Notes: generated from the letters alone by a model not told the origin. A DNA stretch of 64,000 nucleotides from Candidatus Levybacteria bacterium RIFCSPHIGHO2_01_FULL_40_16 (GCA_001783805.1 MFNS01000001.1:192649-256648), one strand, 5' to 3'. Numbered from the stretch's first letter, positions 9,365-19,632 are shown. Numbers and translations: made by a program.

Positions 9365-10465
9365 TTAATATATTAGTCCACCGGAATATATTTCTCCACT
9401 CACTCCATTAACAGTAACAATATTGCCGTTTTGAAACACCCGGGTCGCATTTTTGACTCCCTCTACTGTGGGAATATGAAAATCTTTTCTGTAAAGAAAT
9501 TTTTCATAGGAGTTTGGCAAGAATGAATCAACAACTACAGCTTTCGCATTTTTCATCATACCAAACAATGAGTGATCGAGATTATGAAGTACAATTACAT
9601 CGCCATTTTTTATTTTCGGGTCATAATTGAAATTATTTAAAATTTTAACACGTCCCGTAACTATTCCCGGATTAATTGAGACTCCTTTAGCGATGATTTT
9701 GGGGGTTTTATAAGACGTGGCTTTATTGTCAAATTTGTTTACTATTCCTGTAAAAGGATTGACTTTTGTGATGATAATTTTGTCTTTTATTACAATATAT
9801 TCAATTTCTTTTGGGAAATAAGAGTGTTTTTGGATTATTTTGCAGTAATCGTTTAATTTATCCATTTGCACCTTAGTTAATCTCTTATCGAAGACAGGAT
9901 TGCCTGTTACAATCTTTCCTTTTACTCCGGCTTTAATTTCTTCTTGTACTACAATTGCAACAGGGTTTTTGAAAGATGAAGCCCAAATCGTTTTTATTTT
10001 TAGAATTAAATTCGTATCGCCTTTTATATTTGTAAAAACAATAGATTTATTGTCGGAAGATGATGAAAAAATATTTAAGGGGCGGTTCTTAAATAATCCC
10101 GATAGATTTTTATAGTAATTATGTAATTCCGAAACCAATATTTGCGGAATATGGCTATGCATTATATGTCTTTGAAGCAAATTATCGGTTGAATTAGATA
10201 GCGCAGGGTGTTTTAGGAACGGAGTTTTATATATATTTTTATCAATATCGATTAGCCGTAAGAATTCTTTAAAGAAATTGATCGTAATTACAAATCCTTT
10301 CGGAAGCGGAATTCCTAATTTCCAGAGCATTCCGAGTTCTTGTGCTTTTTTGCCGACCAGATCTTCATCCGTTTTAAAAACTTGCGATAAATCTACGATG
10401 TGATGATTTAACCTCATACTATTTATTATGCGGAATTTCCCAAAATTATCAAGGGGAGTTAGCAA
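9365..10465 (-). CDS. PEP-utilising enzyme fragment: PPDK_N-like ATP-binding domain plus PEP-utiliser mobile domain, no PEP/pyruvate-binding TIM-barrel domain
   Basis: VGKKAQELG...GIPLPKGFVIT (PPDK_N); the C-terminal ...KDFHIPTVEG resembles the phosphohistidine domain, with the usual TSH possibly replaced (PNSY). Confidence 0.55.
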   Translation of the reverse strand: MLTPLDNFGKFRIINSMRLNHHIVDLSQVFKTDEDLVGKKAQELGMLWKLGIPLPKGFVITINFFKEFLRLIDIDKNIYKTPFLKHPALSNSTDNLLQRHIMHSHIPQILVSELHNYYKNLSGLFKNRPLNIFSSSSDNKSIVFTNIKGDTNLILKIKTIWASSFKNPVAIVVQEEIKAGVKGKIVTGNPVFDKRLTKVQMDKLNDYCKIIQKHSYFPKEIEYIVIKDKIIITKVNPFTGIVNKFDNKATSYKTPKIIAKGVSINPGIVTGRVKILNNFNYDPKIKNGDVIVLHNLDHSLFGMMKNAKAVVVDSFLPNSYEKFLYRKDFHIPTVEGVKNATRVFQNGNIVTVNGVSGEIYSGGLIY

Positions 10466-10468
10466 TTC

Positions 10469-11848
10469 CTATGAGAGTCTTTTGATAAGCCTTATTAATT
10501 CTGATTTTTTTCGTTCGGTTTCTTTTTTGGAATATGACTCAACATTTAATCTCAATAATGGCTCTGTGTTTGAAGTTCTGACGGAAAATCTCCAGGTTGG
10601 ATAATTTACTGCGATTCCATCCATTTCGTCCAAAACACCGTCTTTGTATTTCTCCTTCACGGCTGCAATTATAGCTTTTCCATCTTTTACTTTAAAATTA
10701 AATTCTCCCGATTCATAGGACCTCGTATAATCTTTTACAATTTTTGAAAATGGTTTATTCTTACTAGATAAAACCTTCAGTACGGTAAGTATCATGGGAA
10801 TTTGAGATTCGGAATTTCCTGTTTCCCTAAAAAAATAGTGCCCGGATGATTCACCGGCAAAAATTCCGCCATATTTATTCATAGCTTCGGTAATATATGC
10901 GTGTCCAACTCTTGTAATCATCATTTTTCCGCCATTTTCTTGAATTATTTTTTTTGGAGTGAAGATATAACGTATATCTATAAGAATTTGGGCGCCTTTG
11001 TTTTTTTTAAGCAAATCTTTCGCAACGATAGAGGTAATAATTGTCGGCGGCACAATATTTCCTTTCTCATCAATGAAAAATAAACGATCTCCATCTCCAT
11101 CAGGGGCAAGGCCTAAATCTGCTTTTTCCTGAACGACTCTTTTCTGTAAATCAACTAACGTTTCTTTTTGAAGGGGATCCGGCTGATGGGCGGGGAATGT
11201 TCCATCTAATTTAAAGTTCATCCTGACTAGATCCATTGGAATTTTCCTTGCGACAGCGTTAATATATTGAGACCCCATGGCATTAGCAGCATCGGCCACA
11301 ATCTTAAACATCTTTATCTTAGGATTGCCGGCGATTCTTAGCGAATTAACAAATTCATCATCTAAAATTCCTCTTTTTTGCGAGACAGTTCCTTTACCTT
11401 TGGGTTGAATAAATTTTCCTCCAAGCGCTATTTGCTTAATCTCCTCAAGCCCTGTAGGCTTACCTATCTTTATAAGACCTTTTTCGCCTTTCTGAACAAT
11501 TTTTAGACCGTTCCATTCTTTTGGATTGTGAGACGCTGTAATTTGAATTCCGGCATCATATCCATAATGAGAAACAGAAAAATAAAATGTTGGCGTAGAA
11601 ACAATTCCAACATCAACTATGTTTGCGCCCAAACCTTCCAAGGTTTCTATCACGACTTTTGTAAGGGAGGGGGATGAGGTACGCATATCTGTCCCCACAA
11701 CCAACGTAAAAGGCTTCTTTTCCCCGTAGTCTTTGACAAGGAAAGTATAAATTGCCTTAACAATCAAAACTATATTTTCCTCATTGATATCTTTTGGATA
11801 AATTGCTCGGATATCGTAACCCTTGAATATTCCGGGGTTTATATTCAT
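10469..11848 (-). CDS. phosphoglucomutase/phosphomannomutase (alpha-D-phosphohexomutase)
   Basis: GIQITASHNPKEWNGLK active-site Ser motif; four-domain length. Confidence 0.8.
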   Translation of the reverse strand: MNINPGIFKGYDIRAIYPKDINEENIVLIVKAIYTFLVKDYGEKKPFTLVVGTDMRTSSPSLTKVVIETLEGLGANIVDVGIVSTPTFYFSVSHYGYDAGIQITASHNPKEWNGLKIVQKGEKGLIKIGKPTGLEEIKQIALGGKFIQPKGKGTVSQKRGILDDEFVNSLRIAGNPKIKMFKIVADAANAMGSQYINAVARKIPMDLVRMNFKLDGTFPAHQPDPLQKETLVDLQKRVVQEKADLGLAPDGDGDRLFFIDEKGNIVPPTIITSIVAKDLLKKNKGAQILIDIRYIFTPKKIIQENGGKMMITRVGHAYITEAMNKYGGIFAGESSGHYFFRETGNSESQIPMILTVLKVLSSKNKPFSKIVKDYTRSYESGEFNFKVKDGKAIIAAVKEKYKDGVLDEMDGIAVNYPTWRFSVRTSNTEPLLRLNVESYSKKETERKKSELIRLIKRLS

Positions 11849-11857
11849 TTTTTTATG

Positions 11858-12559
11858 TTACATTTCCAAGAGTAAAAAGTCAATGGATTGGGATAGAGAC
11901 AGAGGTAGGCCTCCGGTTTTTGAGCCGATTTCGATTTCGTACAATTTTTTATATATTTTTTTCAAACTTAATTGATCAAAAAACCTCGCCTGTTTTTCCA
12001 ATTTACCCATTTGCCAGGGGGCAAGGCGGGTTATTTCGTCAATGGGTTCATTATCGGATGGCTCGGATAACCCCAAGAGTATCCTGAATTGTCTTTGCAG
12101 CATAAATAGAATTAATTCTTCTTTTATTCCGCTAGAAATTGCCTGATGAAAAAAATTAAGAAGACTTCTTGAGCTATTGGGTTTTAGATTATCTAAAAAT
12201 AAAAATATATTCTTGGGTAACTTAAAATAATTAACGATAGCGCCCTTAAATGAAGATAAATTTCTTTTTGCTATTTCTTTCGATTCCCATAAGACAAAAA
12301 CAGAAGATTTAACGTTTTTGGATATGAAATCATGAATTTCCTTGGACTCTCTGTTCGTTTTTTTTAATTTTGTTAAAAATTCTTCAATAAAAATAACTTT
12401 TGAGTTGCCAAAAAGAGATGACCCTTCAATATTCTGTACCAGATCTGCAATCGTTAGCTTACCTCCGTCAAACAAAATAAAATCTTTATACTTCTGTTTT
12501 AATTCATTAAAATATTCTCGTGACTTGGAGATATCGTCTCCGTGGATAATTGTAATCAT
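11858..12559 (-). CDS. holA: DNA polymerase III delta subunit-like
   Basis: N-terminal IIHGDD...ADL motif and C-terminal helical domain typical of HolA. Confidence 0.55.
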   Translation of the reverse strand: MITIIHGDDISKSREYFNELKQKYKDFILFDGGKLTIADLVQNIEGSSLFGNSKVIFIEEFLTKLKKTNRESKEIHDFISKNVKSSVFVLWESKEIAKRNLSSFKGAIVNYFKLPKNIFLFLDNLKPNSSRSLLNFFHQAISSGIKEELILFMLQRQFRILLGLSEPSDNEPIDEITRLAPWQMGKLEKQARFFDQLSLKKIYKKLYEIEIGSKTGGLPLSLSQSIDFLLLEM

Positions 12560-12606
12560 AATTTAATTTTCAATTTTAAATTTTTAATCAATTTCTAATG
12601 ACTAAA

Positions 12607-13047
12607 TTATCTAAATTTTTTGTACTGCGTGAACAACTTGTTTACCTCTGATTGCAAATGACGATGCCGGCTGCGGTGCGGCAAGAGAGCGCCTGAAAAG
12701 TTTTTTGGGATATGCAAGAGCTCATGAATCAATACTTTCTTCTTTTCGTCCGGAGATAGCTTATCATAATAACGAGATAAAACTTCTATAATATATGCTG
12801 GTTTAATATTCAAGGCTCTTTGAAATATTTTAGGCATTGCCCAAATTCTTGCATAGGATCTGGATTTCGATCCAAAGGTCCGGAAACAAAAAATCCTTGA
12901 AGGGTCAATATTGGAAAAATCTAAAACTTTCAACATTTTATCAATATCTTTCTTAACTTCTCCGGCATCTTCCCATTCCAAGGTTTTAGCAGTTTTGACT
13001 TTTGCGTTTTGACTTTTTCGTTTTTTAGGTATGCTTATCCGCCACAT
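12607..13047 (-). CDS. HExxH-motif protein (putative Zn-dependent hydrolase)
   Basis: VLIHELLHIP motif; the C-terminal tail is encoded by a GC-rich patch. Confidence 0.3.
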   Translation of the reverse strand: MWRISIPKKRKSQNAKVKTAKTLEWEDAGEVKKDIDKMLKVLDFSNIDPSRIFCFRTFGSKSRSYARIWAMPKIFQRALNIKPAYIIEVLSRYYDKLSPDEKKKVLIHELLHIPKNFSGALLPHRSRHRHLQSEVNKLFTQYKKFR

Positions 13048-13561
13048 AAGAAGCTCCGTATGCGTGAGGTTTTGTTTTTGCTACGAAGCCATTGCCCGTA
13101 ACCATGCCCACAACTTCCTTGATCATATCTCTTGTATCCCCATGCTCTCCGACGTCAATATGAATTTCCAAGTTATAAAGGGGAGAGTTACCATTAAGTG
13201 CTTTCCGTAGCATTGGAACAAAAAATAAGGCAAAATTAAGCGATTCAAGTGTCTCGGCATAAATTTTCTCCCGAAGAGAATGAATATTTGCCATATTTTT
13301 TCTTCTCCAGAAGTATTTGCCCCCATATCCCCGTCTATGGATTAATACAGCAGTAACCAAATTTATAGTTTTAGAATCCCCATTATTTTCTTTTTCATGA
13401 GAATCTGTACCGATAACCAGACTGTACTCTGCAGATGGTTTTTCCTCCAAAAAATCTCTGATAAGCATTATTGATTCTTGAATTTTTATTTCCCCATGCG
13501 TAAGACTGTTTAATAACTCGTTTGAGGTGTCTTTTCCTACTGCTAGTATATTTTTGACCAT
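13025..13561 (-). CDS. hypothetical protein, possibly YkuK/DUF458 RNase H-like family
   Basis: LVIGTDSHEK motif; weak call. Confidence 0.3.
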   Translation of the reverse strand: MVKNILAVGKDTSNELLNSLTHGEIKIQESIMLIRDFLEEKPSAEYSLVIGTDSHEKENNGDSKTINLVTAVLIHRRGYGGKYFWRRKNMANIHSLREKIYAETLESLNFALFFVPMLRKALNGNSPLYNLEIHIDVGEHGDTRDMIKEVVGMVTGNGFVAKTKPHAYGASYVADKHT

Positions 13562-13581
13562 GTCGTATTATACCATAAATG

Positions 13582-14754
13582 CTAGATAGATAGCCTCAGG
13601 AGCCATTTGAAAAAATCGGAGATAATATTGTTTTTTTCCAAAGGTATATTTTTATATTGTAATGTTTTGGGAAAAGTTTTTAGAGGAAGTTTTTTAGATA
13701 TACTGTTTGAAGAAACATCCGTATTGTAATTTACCGTAGGATTGCCTTTTGTTTTTGGAATTTTGGCAAGGGCAAGAAAAATTTTACTTTTTTCTCCATT
13801 CTCATTGATTAGAGAAAATTGAGAAAAGTGTCCTTGCCCCCCTTGAAGCAGAAAAGGGGTTACAGCGACAATATAATTGTCAGACCAGACATGCTTGAAT
13901 GCGTATTTAAAATATTCTGCAATTTGATTTTCCGCCAATTCTTCTTTTGACCAACCGGTTTCCGTGATAAAAACAGGTAAATTCTTACCGCTTAATCTAT
14001 AGGCTAAATTTCTCTCAAAATTAAAACTATAGATGCTTTGACTGGTCAAAATATACGGCATCTGCCTGAACCCGGGATTCGGATATGAATGACTTCCCAA
14101 TCCATCTACTAAATCAAAAATACCAGGAACCGCATCATTCATTGCAAGCATATAATCATATTCATTCATATATTTTCCGTTAATATTTGGCGCTGCATTG
14201 TCAAGCCCCGCAGAAATTATAAAAAAATCATCATTTAAAGATTTAAAGGCTGAAACAGCATATCCTAGTATGTTTGCATATTCTGCGGGATTTAAATTTC
14301 CTTCCCATTCGTCACTTCTGTTAACCTCGTTAAAAACTACTATATACCTGTTTTTTACCGGCCATTCTAAGGAGTTCAGGAAATTGGCAAAATCTAAAAT
14401 ATCGTCGTAATGTGATTTTCGCCAAACTTTCGTATCAAAATAATAATTCTCAGACGCCAAACGAATTATCGGAATAACGTGTAGCTCTCTTGCGTCATCC
14501 ATGAATCTTTGCCATTTTTCAAGATCTCTGTCTCCGGCCTGGATAGGAATTGTTACGTAACCCCAGTCTCCGCCATTTGAATTAAACAGTCTTGAAGCGT
14601 CAGATAGCTCTGTGGTAAAAAGTATGTGAACACCGAATTTATTGTTAGGAATAGAAAGCGGATCTTCAATTGCATAAGCATTTTTGCAACATTGCGTAGT
14701 AATAAGAATTGCGATTACTAGAAAATTTATTATTCCTATCATAAGATTAATCAA
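13582..14754 (-). CDS. secreted clan GH-A glycoside hydrolase-like protein (N-terminal TM/signal)
   Basis: FNEVNRSDEW (NEP-like acid/base) and PVFITETGW (TE nucleophile) spaced as in GH5-like TIM barrels. Confidence 0.45.
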   Translation of the reverse strand: MINLMIGIINFLVIAILITTQCCKNAYAIEDPLSIPNNKFGVHILFTTELSDASRLFNSNGGDWGYVTIPIQAGDRDLEKWQRFMDDARELHVIPIIRLASENYYFDTKVWRKSHYDDILDFANFLNSLEWPVKNRYIVVFNEVNRSDEWEGNLNPAEYANILGYAVSAFKSLNDDFFIISAGLDNAAPNINGKYMNEYDYMLAMNDAVPGIFDLVDGLGSHSYPNPGFRQMPYILTSQSIYSFNFERNLAYRLSGKNLPVFITETGWSKEELAENQIAEYFKYAFKHVWSDNYIVAVTPFLLQGGQGHFSQFSLINENGEKSKIFLALAKIPKTKGNPTVNYNTDVSSNSISKKLPLKTFPKTLQYKNIPLEKNNIISDFFKWLLRLSI

Positions 14755-15637
14755 ATTTTATTTTATCAATAGTCAATTCTGCGGTAAAGATATGGCCTGC
14801 AACTGATGGATGAATACCATCATCCGTGTTTACTAAATATGGATCACCATATGCTCCATCAATCCTAGAATTGTAATATACGTTAATAAGGGAAATCTTT
14901 TCGGCAACGGATAAATTAATAACGTTATCTAATTGTTCAATAATGTGCTTGGCTTGTTCAAGCGCTGTCCCTTCCGGCATGTTGACCCCATTTTTTCCTT
15001 TTCCAAAGCCTGTTTCTAAAGGGGCTATTTCTGCCAAAAGATAGATACGGGAAGATAAACTTTTCGTTTTCGCAATCAGTTCCTTGAGAAGTGAATAATG
15101 TCGGTTTCTATCATGAGTTGAAAAAGGATTATAAGCAAAAGACCCAATAATCAATACATCGGGATTAAGCGTCGGAATTGGAGGGAAATTGCGTTCTCTA
15201 TTCACAAATGAACTTTCGAAACGAGCAAGCCCTTGCTCCACATTTTGGCCTCCTATCCCATAATTATATAATTTAAACGTAGTTTTAGGGTACTTATTTA
15301 CCAAGGCTTTTTGTAAATATTCGAGATTCTCCCCCATGGTATCTACCATAGAATCCCCAAAAATTGCAACTGTATACAATTTTTTTTTGAGAATAACTGC
15401 TGGATTAGTCGAGGGCGATAGGGACGGAGATGGAGTTGGGGATAAGGTTGTTGTGGGTGTAGAAGTAGGAATAAATTTTAAGGAAATGGATTCGCTTTTC
15501 ACTGCTTTTTTTTCCATATTATGAAAAAAGTTTTGAATTACATGACCGGTTACAACTGATAAGAATAATATTGCAATAAAAATTATTGCAAAAAAACCTC
15601 TCATGGAGACCTTATTATACACCCTATCCGCTAGCAT
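14747..15637 (-). CDS. SGNH/GDSL hydrolase with N-terminal TM and Pro/Thr/Ser linker
   Basis: FGDSMV (block I), GIGGQN (block II), DGIHPS (block V). Confidence 0.6.
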   Translation of the reverse strand: MLADRVYNKVSMRGFFAIIFIAILFLSVVTGHVIQNFFHNMEKKAVKSESISLKFIPTSTPTTTLSPTPSPSLSPSTNPAVILKKKLYTVAIFGDSMVDTMGENLEYLQKALVNKYPKTTFKLYNYGIGGQNVEQGLARFESSFVNRERNFPPIPTLNPDVLIIGSFAYNPFSTHDRNRHYSLLKELIAKTKSLSSRIYLLAEIAPLETGFGKGKNGVNMPEGTALEQAKHIIEQLDNVINLSVAEKISLINVYYNSRIDGAYGDPYLVNTDDGIHPSVAGHIFTAELTIDKIKFD

Positions 15638-16815
15638 CAGACCAAGAACCCGAGGAGAGAGAGGGATTTTTTTAACGTCGAGACTGAACCTTTATTTTTA
15701 ACAGTTTCAGTAATAATTTGAAGCGCTATGGGAGTATTCAAATCATCTTCAAGAGCGTTGATAAATTTATTGAAAATATTTTCATCAATTTCGGTATTTG
15801 AACTTTGATGGTTAATATATTTTTGAATTTTTAAACAATCATTTTCGGATTTTTTTAAATCCTTATCAAAAAATTCAAACGGCTGCCGGTAATGATGTAA
15901 TAAGAGGTACCAACGAATCGCATTAGGCGAATAATTCTTGAGAAGATCGGAAACCATAATTAAATTGCCCAAAGACTTAGACATTTTCTCATCTTTGTAT
16001 GAAACAGGCGCATTATGCATCCAAAATCTGGAAAAAGGTGTTTTTAAGGTTGCGCCTTCACTTTGAGCAATTTCCGCTTCATGATGGGGGTAAATTAAAT
16101 CAATTCCTCCCCCATGAATATCAATCTGCTCACCAAGCGTGGAAATTGCCATTGCGGAGCATTCAATATGCCAGCCCGGCCTGCCTCGCCCGAATGGGGA
16201 TTCAAAAGAAGGGATGTGGGAAGGCTGATTTGTTTCTTCTGCTCTCCAAAGGGTAAAGTCCAAAGGATCAACTTTATCCGGATTCTCTATATTTTCGTCG
16301 AAGTCTTTGGAAATTTTTAACATTTCGTTTCTGGTTAATTTTGATAATTTGCCGAAATCCTTTTTTTTGGAAATGTCAAAATATACGCTTCCGTTCTTTT
16401 GATAAGCTAAACCGTTTTGCAAAAGTTTATTAATTAAAATAATCATTGGACCGATATATTCGGAGGCTTTAATGTAATTGTTGGGCTTTAGCCAGTTTAG
16501 GGAGGACATATCTTGTAAAAATTTACCAGTCCAAAAGTCGGAAAGTTCTACCCAGGAAGTATTCTGCTCTCTTGCCTTTTTCAAAATATCATTGTCCCGG
16601 TCGTTAATATCTGTTACGTTTTGCGTGTAATTAACTTTGAAACCGTTGTGTCTTAACACTCTTACCAAAATATCAAACGAGATGTAGGTAAAAGCATGGC
16701 CTAAATGAGTGGTGTCATAAGGAGTAATGCCACAAACATACAAGCTGACATTTTTGGACATTAAGGAAGCAAAAGGCTCCTTCTTTTTGGAAAGTGAATT
16801 ATATAACCTAAGCAT
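15637..16815 (-). CDS. cysS: cysteinyl-tRNA synthetase (short form, 392 aa)
   Basis: CGITPYDTTHLGHA (HIGH) and KMSKSLGN motifs; the C-terminal anticodon-binding region is shortened. Confidence 0.85.
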   Translation of the reverse strand: MLRLYNSLSKKKEPFASLMSKNVSLYVCGITPYDTTHLGHAFTYISFDILVRVLRHNGFKVNYTQNVTDINDRDNDILKKAREQNTSWVELSDFWTGKFLQDMSSLNWLKPNNYIKASEYIGPMIILINKLLQNGLAYQKNGSVYFDISKKKDFGKLSKLTRNEMLKISKDFDENIENPDKVDPLDFTLWRAEETNQPSHIPSFESPFGRGRPGWHIECSAMAISTLGEQIDIHGGGIDLIYPHHEAEIAQSEGATLKTPFSRFWMHNAPVSYKDEKMSKSLGNLIMVSDLLKNYSPNAIRWYLLLHHYRQPFEFFDKDLKKSENDCLKIQKYINHQSSNTEIDENIFNKFINALEDDLNTPIALQIITETVKNKGSVSTLKKSLSLLGFLV

Positions 16816-16828
16816 TCTTTATATTTTA

Positions 16829-18061
16829 TCATTTTTCCCCGGCGTATTTTCGAAGAATGGGAACTTTAAGCGCGACTGCTCCGGCGATTATTACTGTTGC
16901 CACTCCCCCTACAACAACAGATAAGGGAGCCCCGATTGCTCCGGCCAGAAGTCCCGCTTCAAATTCTCCAAGCTGAGGCCCTCCCATAAAAAAGATCATG
17001 TTAATTGATGTCATTCTCCCCCTAATGTAATCCGGCGTCATGAGTTGACGAATAGTGTTCCTGATGACGGTGCTAATACTGTCCCCTGCGCCAACCAAGA
17101 AAAGGGCTAAAAATGACAGCCAAACATATCTGGATAATCCGAACATTATAGTAGCCAAAGCATAAATGAAAACGCCCAAAAGAAGAAGTTTTCCCTGATT
17201 TTTAATTTTTCCAATAAATGCCATGACGTATCCGGTCAAAACAGCGCCAATTGATTGTGCAGCGTATAAAATACCAAAACCAATTGGTCCGACATGGAGA
17301 ATTGTTTCTGCAAAAATGGGCAAAAGAGAATTTGCCGATGAGAAGAAAGTGCTAAAAAAGTCCAGAACCATTGTCGACCAGATAATAGTTTTTGATTTAA
17401 TGAAAATCAGACCTTCGAGAATTGCACCAAAAGAAACCTTGGACGGTTTTCCTTCAATTTCTCCCGATGTTTTCATCATAATTAATGCCGTAATTACTGC
17501 CAGAAAAGAAATAGCGTTAATCAGATATATACTTCCGACCCCATATTGCTTGATAACAAAACCGCTTAACGCAGGGCCAATAACCATTGACATTTGAAAC
17601 ATAATTACATTTAAACTCATTGCATTAGCCAAGTGGTCTTTATGGACAAGGCTGGGAATAATGGCTTGTCTTGGAGGCGCGTCAAAAGCAACCGCTACGG
17701 CAGATAGACTAGTAACAATGTAAATTATCAGTGGATTCACGGTGTTATTAAGGGTGGCAAAAGCAAGAATGAAAGAGAGTATTGTTAAGGTAATTTGGGT
17801 AATAAAAAGGATTTTGCGTCGATTATGGGCATCGGCAACCGCTCCTGCAAGAAGTGCAAAAATTGCGATTGGCAGAAATCTGGCAAGTCCAATTAGTCCA
17901 AGCGAAATAGCGGAGTGAGTAATTATGTAAATATGCCAATTGATCGCGGCAAACTGCATTTGAGAGCCAATAGTGGAAATCAACAGCGCAATCCATAACA
18001 GCCGGAAATCCCGATATTTTAAGGCCGCAAACCTACCATGCTTAACGCTAGGCATACTCAT
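16829..18061 (-). CDS. MFS transporter
   Basis: About 12 TM helices; MFS motif around GAVADAHNRRK. Confidence 0.7.
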   Translation of the reverse strand: MSMPSVKHGRFAALKYRDFRLLWIALLISTIGSQMQFAAINWHIYIITHSAISLGLIGLARFLPIAIFALLAGAVADAHNRRKILFITQITLTILSFILAFATLNNTVNPLIIYIVTSLSAVAVAFDAPPRQAIIPSLVHKDHLANAMSLNVIMFQMSMVIGPALSGFVIKQYGVGSIYLINAISFLAVITALIMMKTSGEIEGKPSKVSFGAILEGLIFIKSKTIIWSTMVLDFFSTFFSSANSLLPIFAETILHVGPIGFGILYAAQSIGAVLTGYVMAFIGKIKNQGKLLLLGVFIYALATIMFGLSRYVWLSFLALFLVGAGDSISTVIRNTIRQLMTPDYIRGRMTSINMIFFMGGPQLGEFEAGLLAGAIGAPLSVVVGGVATVIIAGAVALKVPILRKYAGEK

Positions 18062-18348
18062 GATTGCTTAGTATATCAGAAAAATCTTTTAGTAAAATTA
18101 GTTATTGACAACCAATGTTATTTTTTGCATAGTATATTTATGGCAAAGAAAAAAGTCACTAGAAGATCTTCAAAGAGTCTCTTTCAAACAAACCCAAATT
18201 TAAAGTGGTTGCTTCCCTTGTTTATTCTAGCCTACTGGCTAACTACAGTTATAAAATAATATCTCAAGAGTACTTCCGTTCCCAATATTGATTAAATTAT
18301 TCCGCAGAATTAGAGTTTTCTCTCGAATAGGATTTTGTATGCCCGTTG

Positions 18349-18440
18349 TGTACCGCCATGGGGATTCGAACCCCCTCCCAATTTTAGCGCTCGGCTTTTC
18401 AGAACTATTCGTTTACGCTTCGTGCTGCCCGGAACGTTAA
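18349..18440 (-). ncRNA. tRNA-like fragment (canonical T-arm GGGGG-TTCGAAT-CCCC, no matching 5' acceptor strand) downstream of tRNA-Glu
   Basis: The T-arm and a 3'-acceptor-like TGGCGGT-A are present, but no complementary 5' strand is found; it also shares a TTCGTTTAC motif with the tRNA-Val outer half. Confidence 0.3.
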
Positions 18441-18453
18441 TTTTGGCCTTTTG

Positions 18454-18527
18454 TACCTCCGACCGGATTCGAACCGGTGATTCTCTGGCTGAAAACCAGA
18501 TGTCCTAGGCCGCTAGACGACGGAGGC
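18454..18527 (-). tRNA. tRNA-Glu (anticodon TTC)
   Basis: GCCTCCG acceptor, D-arm TCGTCTAGCGGCCTAGGACA, loop TTTTCAG, T-loop TTCGAAT; no encoded CCA. Confidence 0.8.
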
Positions 18528-18770
18528 TTGATGTTTAATTAAATTTTCAATTGCAACCCTGCTTTTAAGCGATTTTAAATAAAATTCTCTTTTTCGAGCT
18601 TCTGATAACGTTTCATATTCTTCTTTGTAAATAAGTTTAAACGGTCCCCGATTTTTTGTATACTTTGAACGTCCTTTATTGTGATCTGTAAGCCGGCGAT
18701 TAATGTCAGTCGTACTGCCAATGTAATGTCTACCGTCAATATCACTTCTTAATATATAAGTCGTAAACAT
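18513..18770 (-). CDS. small GIY-YIG nuclease-family protein (start trimmed to MFTTYILRS); 3' end overlaps tRNA-Glu by about 15 nt
   Basis: YILRS...RHYIGSTTDINRRLTDHN...YTKNRGPFKLIY...REFYLKS: GIY-YIG core. Confidence 0.6.
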   Translation of the reverse strand: MFTTYILRSDIDGRHYIGSTTDINRRLTDHNKGRSKYTKNRGPFKLIYKEEYETLSEARKREFYLKSLKSRVAIENLIKHQASVV

Positions 18771-18969
18771 TTTGGTCCTAGGTTCCGATTTAATCGCGAA
18801 TGCTCGATGGATAAATCCATCGGCACCGCTAGCCCCGATGATCGGTGTCATCGGGATCCCGCACGAATGAAATTCGTCGGGAACGATGGCGGCAAGCATT
18901 ATTGATTATACCAACTTTCCTAAAAAAACCCAAGACTCACTTAAGAGCCTCGGGAGAATAAACTTTAAT

Positions 18970-19632
18970 TTATTCTAACTTCCTGCGAAGTCCCTCAACT
19001 ATTTCTTTAGCGCTATTTTGTCCGCCCAGTCCGAAAGCAATACCTCCTGCAATAGCCAACATTGCTACAAAACCTGTAAATAATATCCTGATCAAGTCTG
19101 TAGCAACACCCAACTGATTAAGCACTGCCAAGATTACGAATACATTTACCGCCCAGCGGGTAACAGATGCAATCCTATTGGCCGTATTTGAAGATATTCC
19201 TTTGACTGATGCCAAAATCAGGTTGTGAGCCAGACTTCCTAACACAAAGCCGACAACTGCAATGATGGCTGCAACAAAAACATTTGGGAGATAGAGTAAG
19301 AATTCATTAAGAATCGTTACAACTCTGGGAAGTCCCCAAATGTCTGCTGTTGGAAGTAAGAAAATAATAATTATAAACCATCTGACAATTTCGGCAAAGA
19401 TGTTCGACCAGGAAAACTCTTCATTTGCTTCGGGCACACCGTACTTCCTCAACAAAGCCTCCACCCTGAGAGCTTTGAAAATTCCTAAAACTATTTGCTT
19501 GAGAATGGAAGCAATGATGATACCGATAAGAAGAACTACCGTTCCGGCGATTAAGTTTGGCACAAAACTTCCTACCACTGCAACACCGTTATTCAGAGAA
19601 GCAAGGAGTGTTTGACCAATATCTTGTGTCAT
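18970..19632 (-). CDS. membrane protein with repeated TM-helix modules
   Basis: Six or so TM segments; no confident family assignment. Confidence 0.45.
   Translation of the reverse strand: MTQDIGQTLLASLNNGVAVVGSFVPNLIAGTVVLLIGIIIASILKQIVLGIFKALRVEALLRKYGVPEANEEFSWSNIFAEIVRWFIIIIFLLPTADIWGLPRVVTILNEFLLYLPNVFVAAIIAVVGFVLGSLAHNLILASVKGISSNTANRIASVTRWAVNVFVILAVLNQLGVATDLIRILFTGFVAMLAIAGGIAFGLGGQNSAKEIVEGLRRKLE

Noticed and set aside
18349-18440. Possible SRP RNA or tmRNA 3' end near tRNA-Glu
   Set aside because: It lacks the SRP domain-IV GGAAGCAGC motif and the tmRNA acceptor/tag features; only a tRNA-type T-arm is present.
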